A DNA stretch of 64,000 bases from an uncultured Clostridia bacterium (GCA_944393415.1 CALYAD010000068.1:4603-68602), one strand, 5' to 3'; shown: positions 39,412 to 50,740, counted from the stretch's first letter. The notes: generated by a model not told the origin, from the sequence alone. Numbers and translations: made by a program.

Positions 39412-41340
39412 ATGCCCCCGGTAAAGAAGCAAAACGATCTCCCCGCATATCTTTTTCATCAAGGCACCAACTATTTTGCCTTTAAATATTTAGGTCTGCA
39501 TTTCACCGCGCATTACGCGGTATTCCGTGTTTGGGCTCCTAACGCGGAAAAGGTCTCCGTATGCGGAGATTTTAACGCCTGGGATTCCTCAGCGTCACCT
39601 ATGACAAGAGTAACGGATATGGGCGTATGGGAAGCAAAGCTTCCTCGAAAAACAGTCTTCGAAGGGCAAAAGTACAAATACGCCGTTACTCATAACGGAA
39701 AAACTGTTCTGAAAGCTGATCCCTATGCGTTTTCATCCGAGACCCTCTCAAAAACAGCGTCCATAGTTTATCGGCTTCCGGAATACGCCTGGGGAGACGG
39801 CGCTTGGTTTACGCACCGTAAGAAAAGCATGCGGATCGACGATAAAACGCGCTTCTCATGTCCAATAAATATATATGAAGTTCATCTCGGTTCATGGAGA
39901 ACGAGAGACGGACGCCCAAATACCTCAGGAGACGCTTATTTGAATTACCGTGAAATAGCTGACCTTCTTATCCCCTATGTGAAGGAGATGGGATACACGC
40001 ATGTCGAGCTTATGCCTGTAACAGAATATCCGTACGACGGTTCTTGGGGCTACCAGGTCTGTTCTTATTTCGCTCCGACAGCGCGTTTCGGAACCCCCGA
40101 GGACTTCATGTATTTTATCGACGCCATGCACAAAAACGGCGTGGGTGTCATACTCGACTGGGTACCCGCTCATTTTCCTAAGGATGAACACGGTTTATAC
40201 GAATTCGACGGAACACGTCTGTATGAATACCAGGGTAGCGACCGCGTGGAAAATGAGGGCTGGGGAACGCGTTATTTTGATGTCGCGAGAAACGAGGTCC
40301 AAAGTTTTCTTATCTCCAGCGCTCTTTTCTGGATTGAGAAGTACCACATTGACGGGCTTCGAATAGACGCCGTCGCCTCCATGCTCTACTTGGATTATGA
40401 AAGAAAACCGGGAGAGTGGATACCAAATATAAACGGCGGAAACGAAAACCTTGAAGCTATCGCGTTTTTCAGGAAGCTGAACTCGGTAATACTGTCACGA
40501 CATCCCGATATCATGATGATTGCCGAAGAATCAACAGCGTGGGCTAAAGTGACTTATCCTCCGGACGACGGCGGACTCGGCTTCAATTTCAAATGGAACA
40601 TGGGATGGGCAAACGACATGTTCGATTATGTTTCAACCGATCCATTTTTCCGAAAATACAATCATTCCAAGCTGAATTTTTCTATGATGTACGCTTTCAG
40701 CGAAAATTTTATCCTACCTGTTTCTCACGACGAGGTGGTACACGGAAAGCGTTCACTGATCGATAAAATGTTCGGATCGTATGATGAGAAATTCAAGGGC
40801 ATCAGGCTGTTCCTCGCGCACATGATGGCGCATCCAGGCAAAAAAATGCTTTTCATGGGAAGCGAATACGGTCAGTTCAGGGAATGGGATTATCAGAATC
40901 AGCTTGAATGGTTCATGCTGAGCTTCGATACGCATCGAGCGCTCCAAAAATACACCTCGGAGCTGAACCATTTTTATCTCTCAAACGATGCTCTTTGGTA
41001 TGACGACTTTACCTGGGACGGCTTCCGCTGGGTCCTTGCCGACGAATCGGAAAAAAATCTTCTCGCATATATGAGATTAGGAAGCGCCGGGAAAAAGCTT
41101 CTTTGTGTTTTCAACTTCTCGGGAGCCGAGGTTTCCGATTATCCAATAACGCTGCAGGACTGTCCCGAGAAAAAATGGAAATGCGTTTTCTTTTCCGGGG
41201 ACAAGCACTCGGACGATTTTGCGTCCGTCAGACCCGAGCTGTCGGTAAAAAACGGAAAAACAAAATTTTCTCTGCCCGCGCTCAGCGCCGCATACTACGA
41301 GCCGGGTGGCAAAGCTGAGATAAGGCTGAAAAATTTATAA
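39412..41340 (+). CDS. glgB: 1,4-alpha-glucan branching enzyme
   Basis: FRVWAPNA, YEVHLGSW, SWGYQ, GLRIDAVASM, AEES and SHDEVVHGK. Confidence 0.95.
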   Translation: MPPVKKQNDLPAYLFHQGTNYFAFKYLGLHFTAHYAVFRVWAPNAEKVSVCGDFNAWDSSASPMTRVTDMGVWEAKLPRKTVFEGQKYKYAVTHNGKTVLKADPYAFSSETLSKTASIVYRLPEYAWGDGAWFTHRKKSMRIDDKTRFSCPINIYEVHLGSWRTRDGRPNTSGDAYLNYREIADLLIPYVKEMGYTHVELMPVTEYPYDGSWGYQVCSYFAPTARFGTPEDFMYFIDAMHKNGVGVILDWVPAHFPKDEHGLYEFDGTRLYEYQGSDRVENEGWGTRYFDVARNEVQSFLISSALFWIEKYHIDGLRIDAVASMLYLDYERKPGEWIPNINGGNENLEAIAFFRKLNSVILSRHPDIMMIAEESTAWAKVTYPPDDGGLGFNFKWNMGWANDMFDYVSTDPFFRKYNHSKLNFSMMYAFSENFILPVSHDEVVHGKRSLIDKMFGSYDEKFKGIRLFLAHMMAHPGKKMLFMGSEYGQFREWDYQNQLEWFMLSFDTHRALQKYTSELNHFYLSNDALWYDDFTWDGFRWVLADESEKNLLAYMRLGSAGKKLLCVFNFSGAEVSDYPITLQDCPEKKWKCVFFSGDKHSDDFASVRPELSVKNGKTKFSLPALSAAYYEPGGKAEIRLKNL

Positions 41341-41370
41341 GCAAAAAAATATAAAACCGGAGGTTTTTCC

Positions 41371-42573
41371 ATGTTAAAGAAAAAAGAATGCGTCGCCATG
41401 CTGCTGGCAGGCGGTCAGGGCAGCCGTTTGTATACGCTAACCGAAAAAACGGCAAAGCCGGCAGTTCCGTTCGGCGGTAAATACCGCATAATTGACTTCC
41501 CTCTTTCAAACTGTATAAATTCCGGTATCGATACTGTCGGCGTCCTGACACAGTATCAGCCTCTTGTACTCAACGAGTATATCGGGAACGGCGAGCCCTG
41601 GGATCTCGACCGCGTATACGGAGGCGTGCGCGTACTCCCTCCGTATCAGGGACATAAGGGTGCCGCGTGGTATAAGGGTACGGCAAACGCCATATACCAG
41701 AATATAAACTTTATTGAGCGTTACGATCCCGACTATGTTCTGGTACTCTCCGGAGACCATATATACAAAATGGATTATAACGCAATGCTCGAATACCATA
41801 AGAGCAAAAACGCAGACTGCACTATTGCCGTTATCGACGTTCCTCTCGAGCAGGCAAGCCGCTTCGGTATTATGAACACAAATCCCGACGGCTCTATATA
41901 CGAATTTGAGGAAAAGCCCGCCGAACCAAAAAGCACCAACGCTTCCATGGGCATCTATATATTTAATAAAAAAACGCTCTTTGACTATCTCATAGCAGAT
42001 GAAGCCGACCCGGATTCCTCTAATGATTTCGGAAAAAATATTATACCCTCTATGCTTAAAGCCGGAGAAAGAATGTTCGCTTACAGCTTCACCGGATACT
42101 GGAAGGATGTCGGAACGATACAAAGTCTTTGGGAAGCCAACATGGATCTTCTGGGAGAAAAACCCGTCTTTAATCTTCACGATAAGGACTGGCGTATATT
42201 TTTCCGAAACAATCCGCTCCCGCCTCATTTTGTTGGTAAAAGCGCTTATATATCAAATTCCATTATAACAGAGGGATGCGAGATATACGGAACAGTAAAA
42301 AATTCCGTGCTGTTCCATTCCGTTAAAATTGCGCCAAACGCGACCGTTAAGGACAGTATACTGCTTCCCGGAGTAGTAATAGAATCCGGAGCCTCGGTGG
42401 AATACTCCATAATTGACGACACCACCGTAGTGTCCTCCGGGGTGCGAATCGGCGCGCCCAGGGAAAGCGGAGCCGACATAACCGTTATAGGAAGCGAGCT
42501 TCGTATTAATACCGGTCATCATATCCCTGTCGGAGCAATGATAAACGAGACATCTCTTGCCGAAAACGTATGA
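41371..42573 (+). CDS. glgC: Glucose-1-phosphate adenylyltransferase
   Basis: [37 protein letters not shown] and YWKDVGT. Confidence 0.96.
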   Translation: MLKKKECVAMLLAGGQGSRLYTLTEKTAKPAVPFGGKYRIIDFPLSNCINSGIDTVGVLTQYQPLVLNEYIGNGEPWDLDRVYGGVRVLPPYQGHKGAAWYKGTANAIYQNINFIERYDPDYVLVLSGDHIYKMDYNAMLEYHKSKNADCTIAVIDVPLEQASRFGIMNTNPDGSIYEFEEKPAEPKSTNASMGIYIFNKKTLFDYLIADEADPDSSNDFGKNIIPSMLKAGERMFAYSFTGYWKDVGTIQSLWEANMDLLGEKPVFNLHDKDWRIFFRNNPLPPHFVGKSAYISNSIITEGCEIYGTVKNSVLFHSVKIAPNATVKDSILLPGVVIESGASVEYSIIDDTTVVSSGVRIGAPRESGADITVIGSELRINTGHHIPVGAMINETSLAENV

Positions 42574-42656
42574 CCGCATTAAAAAATCAAGCTATCTAAA
42601 TGAATAAAATACGAAAGGATAAGCGTCCGTAAATCCGGACGAAAACGGTCAATAAT

Positions 42657-43790
42657 ATGAATGCAGCCGGTATAATTTTCTCCAATATTCACGATAAGAA
42701 TATAACAGAGCTTACCAGGAAACGCACCATGGCGTCGATACCATTTGCCTGCCGGTATCGCCTTATTGACTTTGCGCTTTCCAACATGGTAAATTCGGGA
42801 ATAACAAATATAGATGTGATAGCCCACTATAACTACCATTCGCTTATGGATCACATAGGTAACGGTAAAAACTGGGATCTTGCCCGCCGTACCGGAGGAA
42901 TAAAGATACTTCCTCCGTATATTACGGCGTATGCCAACGTAACAAATAATCTGTACAATACCCGACTTGAGGCGCTAAAAAGCGTTATTCATTCCATTTC
43001 ACACATCACTGAGGATCTGGTAATTCTTTCAGACTGCGACGTTATCTGCAACCTCGACGTCGCCGAACTTATAAAGTACCACACAGACGCAAACGCCGAT
43101 ATAACAATCGTAGTAAAAAATATCGACAGCGGCGAAGGCTCTCCCGACAGAAACGTCGTGGTTCGTTCCGACTCAAACAACAACATAACGGATTTTATAC
43201 CATATCCCATTGACCTGCACGGAAAGAACGACGTAAACCTGAACATATGGGTGGTTAAGCGTGATCTGCTGATCTCTATGATAAACGACGCTATCGCTCA
43301 CGGATACGTCAGCCTGACCCGCGACCTGTTCTCCAGACATATCGGACATCTGAAAATGCAGGTCTATCACTATACGGGATACAGTTCAGTTATCACCTCG
43401 TTCAACGATTATTATAATATCAGTATGTCCCTTTTAGACGACCCGAGCATTCGCCGTTCGCTGTTCGAGATACCGGACCGTCCGGTATTCACCAAGGTAC
43501 GTAATTCACCTCCGACAAAATATCTGGGCGAACCTCCGATATCCAATTCCCTGATAGCGGACGGTTGTGTTATCGAGGGTACCGTGGATAACTCTATTTT
43601 GTTCAGAGGCGTACGCGTTTCAAAGGGCGCCGTGATAAAAAACTCGATACTGTTTCAGGATACATTTGTCGGAAACGACGCCTTCATTAACTGTGTCGTC
43701 ACCGATAAAAATGTAGTAATACACGAGAACCGGGTACTTTCAGGACACCAGAGTATGCCGATATACATTGAAAAAGGAAGGATCATCTGA
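42657..43790 (+). CDS. glgD: Glucose-1-phosphate adenylyltransferase subunit GlgD
   Basis: PFACRYRLIDF.LSN.VNSG and TKVRNSPPT; follows glgC. Confidence 0.93.
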   Translation: MNAAGIIFSNIHDKNITELTRKRTMASIPFACRYRLIDFALSNMVNSGITNIDVIAHYNYHSLMDHIGNGKNWDLARRTGGIKILPPYITAYANVTNNLYNTRLEALKSVIHSISHITEDLVILSDCDVICNLDVAELIKYHTDANADITIVVKNIDSGEGSPDRNVVVRSDSNNNITDFIPYPIDLHGKNDVNLNIWVVKRDLLISMINDAIAHGYVSLTRDLFSRHIGHLKMQVYHYTGYSSVITSFNDYYNISMSLLDDPSIRRSLFEIPDRPVFTKVRNSPPTKYLGEPPISNSLIADGCVIEGTVDNSILFRGVRVSKGAVIKNSILFQDTFVGNDAFINCVVTDKNVVIHENRVLSGHQSMPIYIEKGRII

Positions 43791-43934
43791 GTCATACGCC
43801 CCCTGGTCCGGAAATACTCCGCCTCTACGCTTTATATAATCCGACGCCCTGTATCAGCCAGACAGAATAATCACAGTTCACGACAAGAACAATATTAAAC
43901 TTAACGCTCAATGATAAGAAAGGACCGAAATAGT

Positions 43935-45380
43935 ATGCCTAAAAATATGAAGGTGTTATTCGCAGCCTCTGAAGCTCTGCCGTTCGCGTCGACAGGAGGG
44001 TTAGCCGACGTAATCGGCTCTCTTCCCTCAGCGCTCGTTAGGAACGGAGTGGACGCAAGAGTCGTCATACCTTGCTACAGCTCGATCAAACACAAAAATT
44101 CCTCTGATATAACGTATCTCTGCGATTTCACGGTAAAGCTTGCGTGGCGAAATCAGTACTGCGGGCTGTTTACCGCGGTATCTAACGGCATAACCTTTTA
44201 TTTAATAGATAACGAATATTATTTTAATCGTCAATCCCTGTACGGAAGCTATGACGACGGCGAGAGATTCGCGTTCTTTTGCAAGGCTGTTCTTGACATG
44301 CTTCCGAGAATAGATTTTTTCCCTGACATATTGCACACAAACGACTGGCAGGCCGCGCTATCCGGTATATATCTTAAGCAGATATACCGACATGGCGATC
44401 AAAGATACCGTCCTATCCGTGTCGTCCATTCAATTCATAACATAGAATTTCAGGGAATATTCGATCACGCGATACTCGGAGACGTTTTTGATCTCCCATC
44501 ACAGCTCGCCTCTATTGTAGATTACAACGGCTGCATAAACCTTACAAAAGGCGCTATAGTCTGCTGTGACCGTCTGACCACGGTAAGTCCGACATACGCC
44601 AAGGAGATACGTTCCCCCTCGTTTGCCTTCGGGCTTCAGCATATTATCAATCAATACTCGTTTAAAACCGTCGGAATCATTAACGGAATAGACCAGGATT
44701 ACTACAACCCGGAAACCGATCAGACAATTGTACACCGATACAGTTCACCGGAAGGAAAAGCTAAAAACAAGCTCGCCCTGCAGCATGAGCTCGGGCTTGC
44801 CGAAAACGTAAACACCCCAATGATATCCATGATAACGCGGCTAACGTCTCAGAAAGGTCTTGATTTGGTTACGGCTGTCATAGACGAATTTCTCTGTGAC
44901 GACGTACAATTCGTTCTGCTGGGAACCGGAGATCCCGGATTCGAAAGCTTCTTCAGGCGGCTTGAGGAAAAGCACCCGTCAAAGGTACGTTCGATAATCG
45001 CTTATGACAAGGCGCTGTCAAAGAAAATATACGCGTCCTCCGATATTTTCCTCATGCCTTCAAAGACCGAGCCCTGCGGGCTTGCGCAGATGATAGCGTC
45101 AAGATACGGCACTGTACCTGTAGTAAGAGAAACCGGAGGATTATATGATACGGTTAAATACTACAACGACGTGACCGGAGACGGAAACGGCTTCACATTT
45201 TCAAGATACAACGCTCATGATATGCTTTACACCCTTCGCAAGGCAGTAGGGCTTTACCGTGATTTTAGGGATAAATGGAATGAGCTCGCAGACAAAATAA
45301 TGAAAATTGACTTCTCCTGGAACGTTTCAGCCTATAGATACACCGAGCTTTACCGCGATGTTCTCAGCCTTGAAAGATAG
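43935..45380 (+). CDS. glgA: Glycogen synthase
   Basis: TGGLADV, HTNDWQ, QKGLDL, MPSKTEPCGL and RETGGL.DTV. Confidence 0.95.
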   Translation: MPKNMKVLFAASEALPFASTGGLADVIGSLPSALVRNGVDARVVIPCYSSIKHKNSSDITYLCDFTVKLAWRNQYCGLFTAVSNGITFYLIDNEYYFNRQSLYGSYDDGERFAFFCKAVLDMLPRIDFFPDILHTNDWQAALSGIYLKQIYRHGDQRYRPIRVVHSIHNIEFQGIFDHAILGDVFDLPSQLASIVDYNGCINLTKGAIVCCDRLTTVSPTYAKEIRSPSFAFGLQHIINQYSFKTVGIINGIDQDYYNPETDQTIVHRYSSPEGKAKNKLALQHELGLAENVNTPMISMITRLTSQKGLDLVTAVIDEFLCDDVQFVLLGTGDPGFESFFRRLEEKHPSKVRSIIAYDKALSKKIYASSDIFLMPSKTEPCGLAQMIASRYGTVPVVRETGGLYDTVKYYNDVTGDGNGFTFSRYNAHDMLYTLRKAVGLYRDFRDKWNELADKIMKIDFSWNVSAYRYTELYRDVLSLER

Positions 45381-45441
45381 CTTATTACAGCCAATATAGA
45401 TAATCTTATGCCGGACGGCACAAAAGAAAGGTCATATTCAA

Positions 45442-47907
45442 ATGCAAGATAATTCAAATAACAACACTATAAACGCTTCCGATAACGACTATAGCTATGA
45501 CAGCACGGAGCTTAAAGCCACGATAGAATCTAAGCTGAAGCGTTATTACGGAATCTCTCCCTCGGAAGCGAACGAAGAGCAGATGTACCGCAGCGTCGTA
45601 CTTACAGTTAAGGATATTCTGATGCGAAAACGGGCCGATCAGCACAACCGCGTCAAGCAGACACACTCAAAAAGAGTCTACTACATGTGTATGGAGTTCC
45701 TTATAGGTCGCTCTCTTAAAAACAATCTGTGCAATCTCGGTCTGGACAAAGTGTTTTCCTCTCTGCTTAAGGATTACGGCTTTGATCTGAACAATATTTA
45801 CGAAAGAGAAAGCGACGCGGGGCTCGGTAACGGCGGGCTCGGACGTCTCGCCGCCTGCTTTATGGATTCGCTTACCACTCTCGGTTATTCCGCGACCGGA
45901 TTTTCCATCTGCTATGAATATGGTCTGTTCCGACAGAAGATTGTCGACGGGACACAGGTAGAGCTGCCCGACGTCTGGCTTCCGGAAGGAGAAGCGTGGT
46001 TGGTGCCAAGGTCTGACAAAGCATATACGGTACGCCTGGGCGGTAAAGTAATTGAAAACTGGCATGACGGAAAATGCGATATTTCCTATGAAAACTGTGA
46101 GGAGGTACGCGCCGTTCCATATGATATGATGATATCCGGCGCGGACACCAAGGCATGTAATTACCTGCGCCTCTGGAAAGCGCATAACGTGACAAATTTC
46201 AATATGGCGCTGTTTTCTCAAGGGCAATATGTCAAGGCAATGGAGGACAACACTAACACCGAAATAATATCGAAGGTGCTATATCCTTCGGATAATCACG
46301 TCGAAGGAAAGCTCCTCAGGCTTACCCAGCAGTATTTCCTCTGCTCCGCTTCCCTGCAGTCGATAATCTCCGATCATCTTGCCGCTTACGGAACACTGCA
46401 TAACTTTGCCGATAAGGTTGCAATCCATCTTAACGATACTCATCCCGCCCTCTGTATTCCCGAGCTTATGCGTATCCTGATGGATGTTTACTCCTATTCC
46501 TGGGAAAATGCGTGGAATACTGTAATAAGGGTTTTCTCATATACAAATCACACGGTAATGCCGGAGGCTCTCGAGCAGTGGAACAAGGATTTCTTTACGC
46601 TGAAGCTCCCGCGAATCTATACGATAATTACCGAGATTAACCGCCGTTTTTGTGCGGATCTCTGGAATCTTTATCCCGGGGACTGGGACAGAATCGCAAG
46701 AATGGCTGTAATCGCCGACAACAACATCCGCATGGCTAATCTCTCCATCGTCGGATCGCATACTGTCAACGGCGTTTCAAGACTTCACAGCGAAATACTG
46801 AAAAATGACGTGTTTCACGATTTCTATAAGAAAGATCCCGGAAAATTCATCAATGTCACAAACGGTATTACTCACAGACGATGGCTCTGCTATTCAAATC
46901 CCGGTCTTTCCTCTTTGCTTGACGACTGTATTGGTCCCGATTATCGCAAGGAGCCGGAAAGACTTTCCGATTTTCTTAAATTTCAGGATGATAAGTCAGT
47001 GCTTGAAAGACTGAGAAGGATTAAATACGAAAACAAGCAGCGCTTCGCCGAATTCGCGAGAAAGCGGACCGGTATATCGCTTGATCCCGATACCGTATTC
47101 GACGTACAGGTCAAACGTCTGCATGAATATAAGCGTCAGCTTCTGAACGCCCTGCGCATCATAAGTCTTTATAACGATCTCCTTGAGGACCCGGATCTTG
47201 AAATGATTCCGCAAACCTTTATTTTCGGAGCCAAGGCGGCTCCCGGTTATGATATGGCGAAGAATATCATAAAGCTGATATGGGCCATATCCGCCGAAAT
47301 CGAAAAAAATCCGAAAATACGGGAAAAGCTGCGGGTTATATTTATGGAAGACTATAACGTATCCATGGCGGAAATCCTGATTCCCGCCGCCGAGATAAGC
47401 GAACAGATATCTCTTGCCGGAAAAGAAGCGTCGGGGACCGGAAACATGAAGTTCATGATTAACGGGGCGCTCACCTGCGGTACGCTTGACGGCGCAAACG
47501 TTGAAATGCATGAGCTGCTCGGCGATGAAAATATATATATTTTCGGATTAAATGACAAGGAAGTCGAGGAGCTTTGGAAACGCGGATATCATTCAGCGGA
47601 CTATTACCGTACCGACACAAGGCTTCGCCGAGCGGTAGACAGACTTGCCGTAGGCTTTAACGGCATCTCTTTTGCCGACATTATGCATTATCTGATAATC
47701 GGATACGGCGTATCCGACCCCTATATGTGTCTCGCGGACTTTGATTCGTATATAAATGTACACCGGACCATGTTGGAGGATTACGCCGACAGCGAAAAAT
47801 GGAATAAAAAGGCGCTGCATAATATCGCCAAAGCCGGCTTCTTCGCCGCAGACCGCGCTATAAAAGAGTACGCGGATAATATCTGGCATATAAAACCCGT
47901 GTTTTAA
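45442..47907 (+). CDS. glgP: Glycogen phosphorylase
   Basis: GLGNGGLGRLAACF, KRLHEYKRQ and EASGTGNMKF. Confidence 0.96.
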   Translation: MQDNSNNNTINASDNDYSYDSTELKATIESKLKRYYGISPSEANEEQMYRSVVLTVKDILMRKRADQHNRVKQTHSKRVYYMCMEFLIGRSLKNNLCNLGLDKVFSSLLKDYGFDLNNIYERESDAGLGNGGLGRLAACFMDSLTTLGYSATGFSICYEYGLFRQKIVDGTQVELPDVWLPEGEAWLVPRSDKAYTVRLGGKVIENWHDGKCDISYENCEEVRAVPYDMMISGADTKACNYLRLWKAHNVTNFNMALFSQGQYVKAMEDNTNTEIISKVLYPSDNHVEGKLLRLTQQYFLCSASLQSIISDHLAAYGTLHNFADKVAIHLNDTHPALCIPELMRILMDVYSYSWENAWNTVIRVFSYTNHTVMPEALEQWNKDFFTLKLPRIYTIITEINRRFCADLWNLYPGDWDRIARMAVIADNNIRMANLSIVGSHTVNGVSRLHSEILKNDVFHDFYKKDPGKFINVTNGITHRRWLCYSNPGLSSLLDDCIGPDYRKEPERLSDFLKFQDDKSVLERLRRIKYENKQRFAEFARKRTGISLDPDTVFDVQVKRLHEYKRQLLNALRIISLYNDLLEDPDLEMIPQTFIFGAKAAPGYDMAKNIIKLIWAISAEIEKNPKIREKLRVIFMEDYNVSMAEILIPAAEISEQISLAGKEASGTGNMKFMINGALTCGTLDGANVEMHELLGDENIYIFGLNDKEVEELWKRGYHSADYYRTDTRLRRAVDRLAVGFNGISFADIMHYLIIGYGVSDPYMCLADFDSYINVHRTMLEDYADSEKWNKKALHNIAKAGFFAADRAIKEYADNIWHIKPVF

Positions 47908-47974
47908 AGTCGCGCCAAGGGACTGAGCGAATTATTTCTGCTCATCCCCGGTAAAAGCAGAAGGGAAACTTTTT

Positions 47975-48377
47975 TAAAAAAGTTTCCCTCAGCGTGTAGA
48001 AAAAGTCAATTCACCAAAAATAATACACAAAAAGTTTTCGCCCGCCTTTTTCAAAAGGCGGTGGGGTTAAGGGGCAAAGCCCCTGACATCCTCTAATGGA
48101 GGACAAAATTTTCCCTAAAAAGAGCGTAGGAGTGGCGTAAATCGTCCCGGTGGGACGTCTTACGGTGGAGAATCGTCGCCGGCACAACGGGAACTGTTGT
48201 GCACGGATTCCCCAATGCGGCGTTCCGTACCGCATAGTATTTCCACGTTTGTGCATACCATCGCTTCTCTTTTGAACAGGCGCCCACGTAAATCTCTGGG
48301 CTGGAGGTCTCCTGAAGAAGTTTTTTTTCAAAAAATCTTTGCACTTGACTTGACAATTCGAGTAAAAAAGTTTCCCT
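47975..48377. mobile_element. Composite mobile-element scar: MITE copy plus IS30 remnant between 15-bp direct repeats
   Basis: TAAAAAAGTTTCCCT at 47975-47989 and 48363-48377; 47989-48110 is an inverted near-copy of 25222-25343. Confidence 0.7.
48250..48362 (+). pseudogene. IS30-family transposase C-terminal fragment and right end
   Basis: Encodes LLNRRPRKSLGWRSPEEVF...ALDLTI, the typical IS30 C-terminus, and ends in TTGCACTTGACTTGACAATTCG. Confidence 0.7.
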
Positions 48378-48585
48378 TAACCCTTCAAAAGCTTTTCCGG
48401 AAAGAATATATAATAAACCGGATAATTAAGCCGGAGGCGGAAATGAAAACCCCTCGCGATTTCTTTTTACAAAAAAGGAAAATTATAAGTTACTCTTTTG
48501 CCTGAAAAATGAAGCAGCACGTTTCTCATAAAAGAGTTCCCGAAATCATATATTTTTTAACCTCAAAGCTTAGCCTACCGGAGGT

Positions 48586-50484
48586 ATGGCAGATAAAATG
48601 TCATTACATCACGATAAAATCAACGCTTCCCTTTTCAAATTAGAAATATTCAGCCGCCCGCGGGATGGCGACCTTGACTGGAAACCTTCCGTCTGCTCCG
48701 CTCTGCCCTCAGGCTTTGAGCTTAAATTCCGTTTCTGGGTATCCAGAAAGACCGGAAACTATGATTTTTCCGTTAATCTTTTCTCTGAAAGCGAAAGCTC
48801 GCGTGTGGTTTGCAGCTGGATAACGCTTAAAAACGGATTCGATATCTACGAAAGCACGATACATCCGCCTGAGATCGGTCTGTATTTTTTGTGCTGCAGC
48901 TTCAGAACCTCTGACGGTAAGGCGGCATTTGTTTTTCCTGACGGCTCAGAGAGGCTTCCGATTACCGTATATTCCTCAGATTTTACCACTCCGAAATGGT
49001 TAAAGGGAGGTATAATATATCAGATATTTACCGATCGTTTTGCTAAAAGCGAAAACCATTCCGTTTCCGTAAAGCCCGGAGCGATACTAAATCCCGATTG
49101 GGAAAACGGCGTTCCCGAATTTGCGGAAAAGCCCGGCGATCCGCTAAAAAACAATGTTTTTTTCGGGGGCTCACTTTACGGAATCATTGAAAAGCTTGAT
49201 TATCTGCAGTCGCTCGGGGTAAGCACATTGTACCTTAACCCTATCTTTGAGGCAGCTTCAAACCACAAGTACGACACCGGGGACTACTTTTCGGTAGACC
49301 GTATGTTCGGAGGCGAAGCCGCTCTTGATAAACTCATCTCGGCCCTAAAAAAACGCGGTATGCGTCTTATTCTCGACGGAGTATTCAATCATACCGGCGA
49401 CGACAGCGTTTATTTCAACAAATACGGCAGATACACCGGACTCGGCGCATATCAGGGCAAAGCGTCCAAATACTACGAATGGTACGACTTTATATGCTTT
49501 CCGGATAATTACAGCTGCTGGTGGGGAGTAAAGATACTGCCTGCAATAAACAAGCAAAGCGAGTCCTTCAGAAACTTTATTTGCGGTGAAAAAGGCGTAA
49601 TACGCCATTATCTGAAAAAGGGAGTTGATGGCTGGAGGTTAGATGTTGCGGATGAACTATCAGACGAATTTCTTAACGCCCTGCGCAAAGCGGCAAAAAC
49701 AGAAAAAAAAGACTCTGTTATAATCGGAGAGGTATGGGAGGACGCCTCGGTCAAAATCGCATACGGACTCAGACGTCGTTATTTTCAAGGCTCACAGCTT
49801 GACAGCGTTATGAACTATCCTCTGCGAAACGCCATTATCGATTATCTGATATCCGGCGACGCCGATAAGCTCTCCGAGACCGCGATATCACTGTATCTTC
49901 ACTATCCTAAATGTGTCTCTGACGTTCAGATGAACCTTCTCGGAACGCATGACACCGAAAGAATACTGAATCTTCTTGCACAGGACGGCTGCACCGGAAT
50001 GACAAATCGTCAGCTATCGGTTCATAAAATGGATCCGGAGGCGCGCTTACGAGGCAGAGAGCTTCTTAGGCTCGCCGCTGTCCTTCTCTATACTTTTCCC
50101 GGCGTTCCGTGTATTTATTACGGAGATGAGGTCGGAATGGAGGGCGGGCGCGATCCGTTTAACCGCAAGCCCTTCCCATGGGGACATGAGGATCAGGGTA
50201 TGCTTGACTGGTTCCGAAAGCTCGGTAAGCTGAGAGCGGATTTAAGTGAGCTTGCCGAGGGAAAATTCAGTATTCTCCATTCAGACGACTCTTTAATTGC
50301 TTATAGACGCGGCGATCTTATATGTGCCGTAAATCGCGGAGACACCAAAGTTATCGTAACATCCGGTCCTTTACAGGAATTGCTCAGCGGAAACGCCTCC
50401 ATTCCGGGTGAGGACGGTATGTACAGGATGTCTCTTGGACGAGATCGCGCGGGAATATATAAACCTGTCCCAATAAAAACATAG
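48586..50484 (+). CDS. GH13 alpha-amylase family (neopullulanase/amylopullulanase-like)
   Basis: YQIFTDRF, SNHKYDT, LDGVFNH, GWRLDVADE, GEVWED, GTHDT and YYGDE. Confidence 0.9.
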   Translation: MADKMSLHHDKINASLFKLEIFSRPRDGDLDWKPSVCSALPSGFELKFRFWVSRKTGNYDFSVNLFSESESSRVVCSWITLKNGFDIYESTIHPPEIGLYFLCCSFRTSDGKAAFVFPDGSERLPITVYSSDFTTPKWLKGGIIYQIFTDRFAKSENHSVSVKPGAILNPDWENGVPEFAEKPGDPLKNNVFFGGSLYGIIEKLDYLQSLGVSTLYLNPIFEAASNHKYDTGDYFSVDRMFGGEAALDKLISALKKRGMRLILDGVFNHTGDDSVYFNKYGRYTGLGAYQGKASKYYEWYDFICFPDNYSCWWGVKILPAINKQSESFRNFICGEKGVIRHYLKKGVDGWRLDVADELSDEFLNALRKAAKTEKKDSVIIGEVWEDASVKIAYGLRRRYFQGSQLDSVMNYPLRNAIIDYLISGDADKLSETAISLYLHYPKCVSDVQMNLLGTHDTERILNLLAQDGCTGMTNRQLSVHKMDPEARLRGRELLRLAAVLLYTFPGVPCIYYGDEVGMEGGRDPFNRKPFPWGHEDQGMLDWFRKLGKLRADLSELAEGKFSILHSDDSLIAYRRGDLICAVNRGDTKVIVTSGPLQELLSGNASIPGEDGMYRMSLGRDRAGIYKPVPIKT

Positions 50485-50516
50485 CTTTTCTTCCCCCTCT
50501 TTTTCACAAGAAATTA

Positions 50517-50740
50517 TCACGGCTCATTTATCTGTTTAGAGTAATTATTTCCGGCTTTCCCATCAGACAGAATGCTCTCTTTTACATTCCCGGCTTTACG
50601 CGCATATCTGTTAAATTTTTTATAAGCAAAAATACACATCAGCGCACCTATAAGCGCAATACAGCCCCATGACAGCACAGTGTACCGCCATCCGGGTTGC
50701 TGCGCGACCAGCGCTATACCGTAACACCGTACTTCCAATA
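50517..50740 (-). pseudogene. Probable C-terminal remnant of an MFS transporter
   Basis: IGSTV then frame-shifted YGIALVAQQPGWRYTVLSWGCIALIGALMC resembles the last two MFS helices; lies downstream of the fucosidase. Confidence 0.4.

Noticed and set aside
41506-42228. Long antisense ORFs in the track (for example 240 aa opposite glgC, 212 aa opposite nadE)
   Set aside because: They fully overlap conserved genes on the opposite strand and have no motifs or RBS, so they are shadow ORFs.
43935-44020. glgA inactivation (STGGL instead of KTGGL)
   Set aside because: All other motifs and the operon are intact, and variation at this position alone is not enough evidence.
48011-48505. Small ORFs within the MITE/IS30 scar and 25131-25361
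   Set aside because: They are translations of non-coding repeat DNA, except for the short IS30 fragment.
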